This document shows, piece after piece, positions 8,090 through 16,638 of a stretch of DNA of 64,000 nt. The translations under genes were made by a program, and so were the position numbers. Source of the DNA: Parcubacteria group bacterium. GTDB taxonomy: Bacteria > Patescibacteriota > Minisyncoccia > Moranbacterales > UBA2206. The DNA lies in NCBI GenBank assembly GCA_041645535.1, contig JBAZPT010000002.1:77605-141604 (forward strand), in the 5' to 3' direction. The notes beneath the pieces were generated by a model that was not told the DNA's origin, ran no database searches, and was given only the letters and a program-made list of their open reading frames with translations. Every line of letters starts with the position of its first letter. Position 1 is the first letter of the stretch.

Positions 8090-8848
8090 TTACACTCTTC
8101 CCGACTGCGAAGCAAAGGTAGCCAAATCAAAAATCTGCTTTAAACTTTGAGCGATCTGCTTGCTTTCCATGACTACGCCCACCAGTTCTTCACCAAACGA
8201 CAAAATCGCAATCTTGTCTCCAAAAATATCGATCTCTACCGGCGCGGTATACCTATTTTTGTCCACATTAAATCTTTGCATCAACCATCTGGCATCTTTG
8301 GCCGGATCATGGACATCCGACGGAATAATCGCCGTGACTTTAATCTTTTTTTCCACTCTCTCCCGAATAAAATCTTCAACGATAGGGGCGATTTTGTTGT
8401 TATAGGTCGGCTCATAGGCGGTGCGGATCAAATGAAAGTCTTGGCCATCGTTTAAAATTTCCTCGTAGATTTCTTTTAGCCCGCTTACTCCTTCATAAAA
8501 CTTGATTCCGGGCCGGCTATTGATCAGATTAAAACTGGAAAGTATATCCGGAAGATAATTATTCAGCATTTCCTTATCCTTTTTAATTTGCGCTTCTTTT
8601 TTGGCTATTAATTTCTTGAGCAGCGATGGATGGCCGGCCGAAAAAACCGCCACCTGGTTAGGCCGTTCCCTTTTTTCAACCAGTCCCAGGCTTTCCAGTT
8701 CTTCGGCTTCTTTATAGACAATCGCCCGAGATCTTTTAATTTTTTTGGCTATTTGGGAAGCCCTGGCTTCTTTGTTTTGGTATAAATAATCCAAAATCTC
8801 CGCCTGGGAGGGAGTGAGATCGGCTTGAAGTAAAACTTCTTTAAACAT
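8090..8848 (-). CDS. TrmB-family transcriptional regulator (wHTH + C-terminal domain)
   Basis: N-terminus LTPSQAEILDYLYQNKEARASQIAKKIKRSRAIVYKEAEELESLGLVE. Paralogous to 20343-21110. I prefer the ATG at 8848 over the TTG at 8866. Confidence 0.75.
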   Translation of the reverse strand: MFKEVLLQADLTPSQAEILDYLYQNKEARASQIAKKIKRSRAIVYKEAEELESLGLVEKRERPNQVAVFSAGHPSLLKKLIAKKEAQIKKDKEMLNNYLPDILSSFNLINSRPGIKFYEGVSGLKEIYEEILNDGQDFHLIRTAYEPTYNNKIAPIVEDFIRERVEKKIKVTAIIPSDVHDPAKDARWLMQRFNVDKNRYTAPVEIDIFGDKIAILSFGEELVGVVMESKQIAQSLKQIFDLATFASQSGRV

Positions 8849-8905
8849 AAGTATTAATTTAACCAAAAAATTTCTTGCTTAGATTATTTCATTATTTATC
8901 CTTTG

Positions 8906-9035
8906 TGTCAAATAATCTTTTGACAATATATCCTTAAATTTTATGTCAATATTGACCTATAGTAAAGCGATTGACTTACATTTATACTTTTTTGTTTATT
9001 TTGTATTTGACAAATAACAATAAATGGCATACACT
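8906..9035. promoter_or_regulatory. divergent control region with clustered TGTCAA/TTGACA palindromes and a promoter for 9075
   Basis: TGTCAAA-N6-TTTGACA (8906-8925) and the perfect palindrome GTCAATATTGAC (8945-8956). Promoter is TTGACA (9007-9012), 17 nt, TACACT (9030-9035). Confidence 0.5.
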
Positions 9036-9074
9036 ATCTTGTTGCACATTAAAAACTAAAAAGGAGGAGGCACT

Positions 9075-9281
9075 ATGGACTGGGACGAGTTTGATAAGCT
9101 TTTAGAGAAGATAGTGGCCGGAGAAATTACTGACATGCACACGACAAAACTTGAGTCGTTACACTTTCTTCAAGTTCGTGACATAGCTACCAAGGCGCCT
9201 AAAGGATCGCCTATTCAGGAAAAAGCTCACATATTGATTTTGCAGTGGGCTCTGGAGTGCGACAGATTGGGACCACTTTAA
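9075..9281 (+). CDS. hypothetical protein (68 aa)
   Basis: ORF with a strong SD AAAGGAGGAGG 5 nt upstream. Confidence 0.55.
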   Translation: MDWDEFDKLLEKIVAGEITDMHTTKLESLHFLQVRDIATKAPKGSPIQEKAHILILQWALECDRLGPL

Positions 9282-9297
9282 AAGAAAGGAGGAGTGT

Positions 9298-9549
9298 ATG
9301 AGTAATTTATTTTTAGGGATTTTAACTTGTGCCTTTATTGTTTACTTTTACATTGGAACAGATTACGCACAAATTCTCATGAAACGGGCTCCGAAAGAGT
9401 GGGGTGTCAATAAGCCAGTTAATCACGCTTTAATCCTAACGCTTTTTTGGCCAATACTTTGGCCCTATTGGAAAAAAAGAATTAGGATGTGGACAGAACA
9501 AGAAGAGCAACTGGATAGAAATAATCCACCAAGGCATCCAATGGAGTGA
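9298..9549 (+). CDS. hypothetical small membrane protein (83 aa)
   Basis: Strong SD AAAGGAGGAG and two hydrophobic helices. Terminator follows at 9563-9592. Confidence 0.55.
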   Translation: MSNLFLGILTCAFIVYFYIGTDYAQILMKRAPKEWGVNKPVNHALILTLFWPILWPYWKKRIRMWTEQEEQLDRNNPPRHPME

Positions 9550-9562
9550 ATTAAGCTAATGA

Positions 9563-9592
9563 GGGGCGAAGAAATTTCGTCCCTTTATTTTT
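9563..9592 (+). terminator. rho-independent terminator
   Basis: GGGGCGAA-gaaat-TTCGTCCC followed by TTTATTTTT. Confidence 0.6.
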
Positions 9593-9653
9593 ATTCAAAC
9601 TATAGACAAAATCCTTTTCTTTTGTTATGGTTATAATGCATTAAGATAAACTT

Positions 9654-9932
9654 ATGTTTGAAGAAACCCCAGAGCTAACTTACGAACAAGCAATTGAGGC
9701 GAAGAGAACTGTTTTAATCAGAGGCATAGCTGAGGATGTAATTGAACTATTGGCTAAAAATACTAGCGGTGAAGATATTGGAATATTGATCGGTAGGAAA
9801 TTTACTGAGAACTTTGGAGAGGGACAAAATATTCAAACCTTAATCGCGGAGGCCTTCAAAGACAGCGCTGTTTCCGAATTGGAAGCATTGACTATGAAAA
9901 TTGACACTTACAAAAAATTCTTGGAAAAATAA
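9654..9932 (+). CDS. hypothetical protein (92 aa)
   Basis: ORF only; no recognisable motif. Confidence 0.4.
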   Translation: MFEETPELTYEQAIEAKRTVLIRGIAEDVIELLAKNTSGEDIGILIGRKFTENFGEGQNIQTLIAEAFKDSAVSELEALTMKIDTYKKFLEK

Positions 9933-10005
9933 TTTATTTTAATTTAGCGGACATTGGTTTGCGTCCGCCGCGGCGGATCGGAACGAATGTTTTGCCCAAA
10001 AACAT

Positions 10006-10272
10006 ATGGCCCTCACAGGCAAGCAAAAAGAAAAGGTAACCAAGGAAGTGAAAAGGCACGAGAAAGATTCCGGTTCTCCGGAATATCAGATTGCCCTTTT
10101 TAGCGAGCAGATCAAGAAGCTAACCTCACATCTCAAAAAAAATCCGAAAGATTTCCATTCCCGCCGAGGTTTGCTCAAAATGGTATCCAAGCGAAAAAAA
10201 CTGATGAGCTATCTGGAAGGCAAGGACGAAAAAGCTTACAAAAAATTAGTGAAACAACTAGACTTGAAATAA
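10006..10272 (+). CDS. rpsO: 30S ribosomal protein S15
   Basis: 88 aa, with GSPEYQIALFSEQIKKLTSHLKKNPKDFHSRRGLLKMVSKRKKLMSYL, typical of S15. Confidence 0.95.
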   Translation: MALTGKQKEKVTKEVKRHEKDSGSPEYQIALFSEQIKKLTSHLKKNPKDFHSRRGLLKMVSKRKKLMSYLEGKDEKAYKKLVKQLDLK

Positions 10273-10281
10273 TTTCTTTAG

Positions 10282-10308
10282 CTTCCAAGGCTTAACCTTG
10301 GAAGTTTT
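10282..10308 (+). terminator. rho-independent terminator after rpsO
   Basis: CTTCCAAGG-cttaa-CCTTGGAAG followed by TTTT. Confidence 0.8.
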
Positions 10309-10479
10309 AACTAAAAAGCGGTGGCTATCCCAGCACCAATTCCGAATTCAGATTTTTATTAATATTCAATGGGTTCCACGGATACGCCTTCGGCTTAATT
10401 TTAACTAACAGATAATTTAATAAATGAATTGGTGCGGGATGCTCATTTTTGTAGCTTTTCGCTCCGCTCAAAGACAAAA

Positions 10480-10977
10480 ATGGCAAAGTTCAAAGAACAA
10501 AGAGTCGGCGTATTGGTCGACATTCAAAATCTCTATTATTCCGCACGGGTATTGCACAGCAAAAAGGTTAATTTCAAAAATGTCCTTCTGGACGCGGTTT
10601 CGGGAAGAAAACTGATTCGCGCTATTGCCTACGGCATCAAAACCGTGGAAGGCCAGGAGGAAAAATTTTTCGAGGCTCTCGAAAAACAGGGGTTTGAAGT
10701 AAAAACCAAAGATCTGCAGATCTTTCCCGGCGGAGCCAAGAAGGGCGACTGGGATGTCGGCATCGCGGTGGATGCAATTAAAATGAGCAAGAGCCTCGAC
10801 GCTTTAGTATTAATTTCCGGCGACGGCGATTATATTCCGGTTGTGGAATATATCCAAAACACCACCGGCTGTATTGTGGAAGTCATGGCTTTCAAAGAAT
10901 CGACCAGCTCCAAACTAATCGAATCCGCCGACGGATTTACCAATTTGAGTGAGAATAAGAAGAAGTTTTTGATATAA
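10480..10977 (+). CDS. NYN/LabA-like (PIN-fold) domain protein
   Basis: VGVLVDIQNLYYSA ... DWDVGIAVDA ... LISGDGDYIPVVEYIQ. I prefer the ATG at 10480 (MAKFKEQRVGV). Confidence 0.75.
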   Translation: MAKFKEQRVGVLVDIQNLYYSARVLHSKKVNFKNVLLDAVSGRKLIRAIAYGIKTVEGQEEKFFEALEKQGFEVKTKDLQIFPGGAKKGDWDVGIAVDAIKMSKSLDALVLISGDGDYIPVVEYIQNTTGCIVEVMAFKESTSSKLIESADGFTNLSENKKKFLI

Positions 10978-11084
10978 AATCTAGCAACAATCCAAAAATA
11001 GCATGCTTGACATTTTCATCATAGGTATGCTATTTTTTATTACTGATCTTTGACAGTAAAAAATAACGAAAGAGGAGGTGCGCT

Positions 11085-11894
11085 ATGCCCCTTAAAGATT
11101 GGTTGGATGGAGCATTATTACCCGTTATAGCAAAAGAAGAAGAATGGTCACTGGATGAGTTGGAAAAAATATTGAGCGATGCGATATCTGATTGCTTCAC
11201 AAAATGCTTTGTTGCTCATGCGGGAAAAATTGCCACTACGCTTTCCGGCGGAGTTGACTCTTCGTTTTGTCTTTCTAAGCTGAGGCGCGAAGGAAACCTG
11301 ACTGGAATTTACACTTTCACCGTCGGCGGAGATAGAAACCATCAGGACATAGTTTATGCAAAAATGATGGCTGAGCAGTTCTCCACAAACCACCATGAAA
11401 TCATTCCCAAACAAAAAGAAATTTTGTGGGCAAAAAGAAAATTGGCCAAGATTCGTTTTGCATCTGCGAAAGAAATAACAGATGGAAGCGTAGCCGTGTT
11501 TTTGGCTTATCGGTCAATATCGGATTGTGGTTTTCAAATCAGCATCGCCCACGATGGGATTGACGAGCTTTTAGGAGGCTATCCGGAACACCGATTTTCT
11601 CCACGAACAACGGCGGAAAAGAAAATGTATTTCCGGAAAATGTGGAATGAGCTTATCCCGAATCATCTGCTGCTTTTGGAAAAAAGTGCTAGATTCTTCG
11701 GCATCAAAGTTCTTTTCCCTTATCTCTAGCCTGAAGTCGTGGAATATATTTCTCATATTCCCGTCGATCAACGAACGGGAAGACAAGAAAGTAAGATTCC
11801 TCTGCGGAGAATTGCAGCAAAGTATCTTCCCCGAGAAATCATCGAGAGGCCAAAAAAAGGTTTCTGCGATGCCCTGAAGAAAGACTTCGCATAA
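11085..11894 (+). pseudogene. stand-alone asparagine-synthase-like PP-loop ATPase domain interrupted by an in-frame TAG (11727-11729)
   Basis: SD GAGGAGGTG and PP-loop LSGGVDSS. After the TAG the same frame continues PEVVEYISHIPVDQRTGRQESKIPLRRIAAKYLPREIIERPKKGF to TAA at 11892-11894, which is the canonical AsnB C-terminus. Terminator at 11900-11928. Confidence 0.7.
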
Positions 11895-11899
11895 TAATC

Positions 11900-11928
11900 G
11901 CCCCCGGAAACTCACCGGGGGCATTTTT
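11900..11928 (+). terminator. rho-independent terminator
   Basis: GCCCCCGG-aaactca-CCGGGGGC followed by ATTTTT. Confidence 0.8.
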
Positions 11929-11965
11929 CTTAAAAAAGTTTTACTGTTATAATTAGCTCAAATTT

Positions 11966-12232
11966 ATGAATGACATTATTTCACTTTTTCATCACATTCA
12001 TCACATCGGCAAAAAGCATGAGGTTCATCATTGTGGCGGTAAACATTGCAAAATTGATCCTGCGTTTAATTATACGATTCAGCACTGCAAGTGCGGAAAA
12101 CATTCCGTTAATAAAAAAACAGCCATTGGGCATGCGGTCGACAGCAGATTAAATAAAAAAGAAGTTAAAATAAAATTTACAGAAAAATGTCCCGGTGGAG
12201 GCTGGCATATAGAAAGTGGAGTAAAAACATAA
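11966..12232 (+). CDS. His/Cys-rich small protein (88 aa), possible metal binding
   Basis: ORF; sequence FHHIHHIGKKHEVHHCGGKHCK...HCKCGKH...KCPGGGWH. Confidence 0.45.
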   Translation: MNDIISLFHHIHHIGKKHEVHHCGGKHCKIDPAFNYTIQHCKCGKHSVNKKTAIGHAVDSRLNKKEVKIKFTEKCPGGGWHIESGVKT

Positions 12233-12315
12233 ACCCTTGAAAAATTCCTTGTTTTACAATATACTTAAACTATGAAAAGCGCTGACATCAAAAAGCTGGT
12301 AAATTACAAAGAATT

Positions 12316-12630
12316 ATGTCAAAAGCTGAAGCCAAAAAAGTAGTTAAAAAATACGCCGAACAATTAAAGAAAAAGGGCTATCCTTTTACCGCGATTTATT
12401 TGTTTGGATCATACGCCAAGGGAAAACCAAAAAAATGGAGCGATATTGATGTGGCGGTTGTTTCCAGGGAAATGGAGAAAAATTGGGATAAAGCTCGTTT
12501 CAGGTTGTGGAACTTAAGAATGGATGTGGATACCAGAATTGAACCTCACGGGTTTTCGCCCGAAGATTTCAAGGATTATTGGAACCCAATGGCGCATGAA
12601 GTTAAAAAAACCGGCATCAAAATCGCTTGA
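12316..12630 (+). CDS. minimal nucleotidyltransferase (MNT-type), no HEPN partner adjacent
   Basis: LFGSYAKGKPKKWSDIDVAVV is a GS-x10-DxD polymerase-beta-type motif. Confidence 0.75.
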   Translation: MSKAEAKKVVKKYAEQLKKKGYPFTAIYLFGSYAKGKPKKWSDIDVAVVSREMEKNWDKARFRLWNLRMDVDTRIEPHGFSPEDFKDYWNPMAHEVKKTGIKIA

Positions 12631-12780
12631 CAAAATACCACAAGTAACATAAACTTTCATTACTTAATAATTTAATAAAAAGCCTCGTTTAATGCGTAAA
12701 TAGGCACAGTATTGAGCTTAATAGAATTTGAGCTTGGCACCGTGTTTACAGCGTCATTAGCGTAAGGCTAAACGTTTCTT

Positions 12781-14907
12781 ATGGAACATAAAAAATGGTC
12801 TCTCCAGATTGGAGGGAGAATTCTTGAGGTCGAAACCGGGCTTTTAGCCGGCCAGGCCAACGGATCAGTAACTGTGCGCTATGGCGACACGGTAGTTTTG
12901 GCTGCCGCCACAATGAGCGCCGACGCGTCCAGAATCAGCGGTTATTTCCCGTTGATGGTGGACTTTGAAGAGAGATATTACGCCGCCGGGAAAATCAAGG
13001 GCTCAAGGTTTATTAAGAGAGAGGGCCGCCCATCCGATGACGCTGTTCTTTCGGGACGGGTAATCGATCGCACAATCCGTCCGCTTTTCAACAGCCGGAT
13101 GCGAAATGACGTTCAAGTTATCGTCACCGTGCTTTCTTATGACGGAGAAAATGACCCGGATATTTTGGGAATCATTGCGGCTTCCGCCGCCCTTTCTATT
13201 TCCAACATTCCCTGGAACGGTCCGGTTGGCGCCGTTAGAATTGGCAAAGTGAACGAAAATTTAATTTTAAACCCGGTTAACGGCGAAACTACCGATGGAG
13301 ATTTTGATATTGTCCTTTCCGGAACCAAAGATAAAATCAATATGATTGAAACAGCCGCCAAAGAAGTTCCGGAAACGGAAATTCTCAAGGCTTTTGAATT
13401 CGGCCACGAGGCTCTTCAGAAAATCGCCACTTTCATTGAAGATATTCAGAAGGAAGTGGGAAAAACTAAAGCAGGACCGGCATTGCTCCAAGGCACACCT
13501 GAATTTGAAGCTAAGATAAAGGAAATTTTGCTGGGCGAAAATTTGGCTGAAGCTTTGTATGACCCAGATAAGCAAACAATTGAAGGAAAACTCAAGGCTA
13601 TCAAGGAAAAAACCACGGCTTATATCAAAGAAACTTTTTCAGAAGCTTCCGAACGCGAAAAGGACAACTATAAAGAAATCGCCGAGCAAGTTTTTGAAGA
13701 AACCTCGGATGAAATCGTGCATCAGAATATTTTGGGGAAAGAACAACGACCCGATGGCCGCAAATTAAATGAAATTAGAAAAATCGAGTGCCAGGTTGGG
13801 ATTTTGCCTAGAACTCACGGCACCGGTCTTTTCACCCGCGGAGAAACACAGGCGCTGACTGTCACGACTTTAGGATCCCCTGGCGATGAACAAGTCATTG
13901 ACACAATGGAAGTGGATATGAAGAAAAGATATATCCATCATTACAATTTCCCGCCATATTCGGTGGGAGAAGTGAAGCCAATGCGCGGTCCCGGACGGCG
14001 CGAAGTCGGCCACGGGGCTCTGGCTGAAAAAGCCTTGATCCCAGTTTTACCTCCAAAAGATGAATTTCCTTATACTATCCTTTTGGTTTCCGAAGTCCTT
14101 TCTTCCAATGGTTCATCTTCGATGGCTTCTACTTGTGGTTCTACCCTTTCTCTTATGGATGCCGGTGTGCCAATCAAGCGCCCGGTCAGCGGAATCGCCA
14201 TGGGAATAATCGTTGATCAGCAAGATCATTCTAAATTTAAAGTATTAACTGACATTCAAGGACTGGAAGATCATTACGGCGATATGGATTTCAAAGCCGC
14301 CGGCACTGAAATCGGCATTACAGCCCTTCAAATGGATGTAAAATTGGACGGCGTAACCCTGGAAATGTTGAAGGCTGTTTTGGAACAATCCCGGGAAAAT
14401 CGCATGGAAATCATGAAAAAGATTACCGATGCAATCCCGGCTCCAAGAGCCGAAATGTCGCAATATGCCCCAAGAATCATTATAATGAAGATTAATCCGG
14501 AGAAAATCCGCAATGTTATCGGCACGGGTGGCAAAATCATCAACGCTATTATCGATGAAACTGGCGTGCAAATTGACATTGAAGACGACGGCTCGGTTTT
14601 CATCACCTCTCCGGACGCCGTTGCTGCCAAAAAAGCCCAGGAATGGATTGACAACCTCACGCACGAAGTGAAGGCTGGCGAAATCTTTAACGCCAAGGTA
14701 ACCCGCATTATGAACTTCGGCGCGTTTGCTGAAATTCTGCCCGGACAGGAAGGGTTGATTCATATTTCAGAACTGGCTGACCACCGCGTGGAAAAAGTTG
14801 AAGATATTGTCCAGATTGGCGATATCATCCCGGTCAAGGTCAAAGAGATTGACAGCCAAGGCCGAATAAATTTGTCAGCCAGAGCTGCAGCAAAAGTTGC
14901 CAAGTAG
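12781..14907 (+). CDS. pnp: polyribonucleotide nucleotidyltransferase (PNPase)
   Basis: 708 aa with two RNase PH domains plus KH and S1 (FGAFAEILPGQEGLIHISELA). Confidence 0.95.
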   Translation: MEHKKWSLQIGGRILEVETGLLAGQANGSVTVRYGDTVVLAAATMSADASRISGYFPLMVDFEERYYAAGKIKGSRFIKREGRPSDDAVLSGRVIDRTIRPLFNSRMRNDVQVIVTVLSYDGENDPDILGIIAASAALSISNIPWNGPVGAVRIGKVNENLILNPVNGETTDGDFDIVLSGTKDKINMIETAAKEVPETEILKAFEFGHEALQKIATFIEDIQKEVGKTKAGPALLQGTPEFEAKIKEILLGENLAEALYDPDKQTIEGKLKAIKEKTTAYIKETFSEASEREKDNYKEIAEQVFEETSDEIVHQNILGKEQRPDGRKLNEIRKIECQVGILPRTHGTGLFTRGETQALTVTTLGSPGDEQVIDTMEVDMKKRYIHHYNFPPYSVGEVKPMRGPGRREVGHGALAEKALIPVLPPKDEFPYTILLVSEVLSSNGSSSMASTCGSTLSLMDAGVPIKRPVSGIAMGIIVDQQDHSKFKVLTDIQGLEDHYGDMDFKAAGTEIGITALQMDVKLDGVTLEMLKAVLEQSRENRMEIMKKITDAIPAPRAEMSQYAPRIIIMKINPEKIRNVIGTGGKIINAIIDETGVQIDIEDDGSVFITSPDAVAAKKAQEWIDNLTHEVKAGEIFNAKVTRIMNFGAFAEILPGQEGLIHISELADHRVEKVEDIVQIGDIIPVKVKEIDSQGRINLSARAAAKVAK

Positions 14908-14986
14908 ATCCCGTTAGAAATCATGCAGTTACTGCCGCAAAAAATATATATCCTGGGGATTTTTAATACTAACTTTCTAACGGGAT
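14908..14986. repeat. CCCGTTA-family inverted-repeat element (copy B)
   Basis: ATCCCGTTAGAAA (14908-14920) pairs with TTTCTAACGGGAT (14974-14986): perfect 13 bp. It begins 1 nt after the pnp stop. Confidence 0.75.
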
Positions 14987-15013
14987 AGACAAAATTTCAA
15001 AATGTTGTAGAAT

Positions 15014-15041
15014 AAAGATGCAAGTTGCATCTTTATTTTAT
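15014..15041 (+). terminator. rho-independent terminator (pnp)
   Basis: AAAGATGCA-agt-TGCATCTTT followed by ATTTTATT. Confidence 0.75.
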
Positions 15042-15187
15042 TGTCGAAAATTCATCCCCACACCAATCGAGGATTAAAAAAATATTTATTTGTTTGATTC
15101 CGGTTATTGTGTGATTGAATATATAAAAGTAAAAATTAAAAACACGCCTTTTGAAAATTATCCTCAATTGGTGTGGGGACAAGCAAA

Positions 15188-16447
15188 ATGTTTCAAAACA
15201 AAAACAACCAAACAACTGACGGCGGACAAACTAACTTGAGCCAGGCTGATGATCTGCCGATTGAAGATCTGCCGGTTCATACAATGAAAAAAGATCTGGA
15301 AGCGATTAAGCATCCAGAACTGGCTCTGGAAATCGAAGCTCAGGAAGCGGCTTCTCAATCTATGCCGATAAATCGGGAAAAGCTTACAGAAACCCAGAAA
15401 AGCAGCCCTTTTTTGGATTTTTCTGCTCCTAAAAAAAGCGCCCCCGAAGAAATGAACTCCCGGCCAGAATCAGCAAAATCTGATGTTTTAGATTCGCGTA
15501 TTAAATTCACTGAACCCGAGTCCATGCCAGAAAGAATTCTTCCCGCAACTGATGTAAGAGTGATCACGCCCGCGCCTCAACCGGAAAAAGTTGCTGCTCC
15601 ACAGAATCTTCCCATCTCAAACAATGAAAAGCCTATTTTTGATTCTGAAAAAAACTCGGCCAAAGATAAGCAGCATCCGCATCACATTAATTTCAGCAAA
15701 GTTTTCGCGGGAGTTATCGCTGTCCTGATTATCGCCATCATCGCCGGTACAGGCTATTATTTTTGGATTACCCGCCAAGGCACTCCGGAAGTCGTCGTGA
15801 CTCCGCCCATCACTGAACCAGAACCGATACCGGAACCAATAGCAAAGTTTTCAATCGACGCGCCAAATGTTCTTACAATTGATATGGCCGCGGCTACCAG
15901 CGCTACAATCAAAGAACTTTTACAGAATACCGCCAAAGATGTGGCTCAAGAAAAAGCTTCTTTACCAATTGAATTTATCGTCACTGGAACAGACGGAAAA
16001 CCGGTTATTTTCAAAGATTTCACCAAGATTTTAGGAATCACCTTTTCACCAGCACTCACTGCCAATCTTTCAGATGCCTTTAGCCTGTTTATTTATAACG
16101 ACAACGCTGTCACTAGGGGAGGCATCGCCATTGAATCCAAGGATCCGATCAAACTGAAAGGATTATTAACGCTGGAGGAAAAAACCTTGGTCAAAAGCAT
16201 TGCCGAGAGCATTGTTCCCGCATTTCTAGCTTCTAACCCCGCCTTTACTGCCAAGGCTTTCACTGATAGTGATCATAAGGGCACAGCCATTCGCTATATA
16301 AATATAACCTCTCCGGAAGACTGGTCTGTGGACTATGCGATTTACCAAAACAAACTGGTTATTGGAACGACCAAAATGACCTTGCGCGCAATAGTGGACA
16401 AGACTGCCCCGATAGTCGACGGAGTGGTTCAACCTATTAAAAATTAG
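15188..16447 (+). CDS. hypothetical single-pass membrane protein with disordered N-terminal half
   Basis: ATG at 15188 (MFQNKNN); central TM FAGVIAVLIIAIIAGTGYYFWI. Confidence 0.6.
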   Translation: MFQNKNNQTTDGGQTNLSQADDLPIEDLPVHTMKKDLEAIKHPELALEIEAQEAASQSMPINREKLTETQKSSPFLDFSAPKKSAPEEMNSRPESAKSDVLDSRIKFTEPESMPERILPATDVRVITPAPQPEKVAAPQNLPISNNEKPIFDSEKNSAKDKQHPHHINFSKVFAGVIAVLIIAIIAGTGYYFWITRQGTPEVVVTPPITEPEPIPEPIAKFSIDAPNVLTIDMAAATSATIKELLQNTAKDVAQEKASLPIEFIVTGTDGKPVIFKDFTKILGITFSPALTANLSDAFSLFIYNDNAVTRGGIAIESKDPIKLKGLLTLEEKTLVKSIAESIVPAFLASNPAFTAKAFTDSDHKGTAIRYINITSPEDWSVDYAIYQNKLVIGTTKMTLRAIVDKTAPIVDGVVQPIKN

Positions 16448-16460
16448 CCTTTTCAACAAG

Positions 16461-16469
16461 TTATCCACA
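16461..16469 (+). promoter_or_regulatory. perfect DnaA box TTATCCACA
   Basis: Exact 9-mer. It sits in the 16-mer AAGTTATCCACAGCTT, which is identical to 26201-26216. Confidence 0.6.
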
Positions 16470-16603
16470 GCTTTGATTAGTTTGCTGAAAAAAGAGATTT
16501 TCTTTATTTTTTCAGCAAAAATTGAAATTTTAAATATTGCAGTGAAAAATAGCCCAAAATACCGTTTTATTGCCCAAACTAAGCCATTTTTATCAAAACA
16601 CCT

Positions 16604-16632
16604 TTGACTTTTTCTGTTTTTTCTGCTATAAT
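16604..16632 (+). promoter_or_regulatory. near-consensus sigma70 promoter with no ORF downstream
   Basis: TTGACT (16604-16609), a 17-nt spacer, then TATAAT (16627-16632). Confidence 0.7.
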
Positions 16633-16638
16633 GGATAT

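Noticed and set aside
12272-12343. 23-codon ORF (MKSADIKKLVNYKELCQKLKPKK) overlapping the start of the MNT gene as a possible mini-antitoxin or leader peptide.
   Set aside because: It has no SD or promoter evidence, is too short to evaluate, and overlaps the MNT start out of frame.
14986-15012. Promoter-like TAGACA-16-TAGAAT right after inverted-repeat copy B.
   Set aside because: It is followed within 3 nt by the strong pnp terminator hairpin (15014-15041), so a transcript would terminate immediately. It is probably a fortuitous match in AT-rich DNA.
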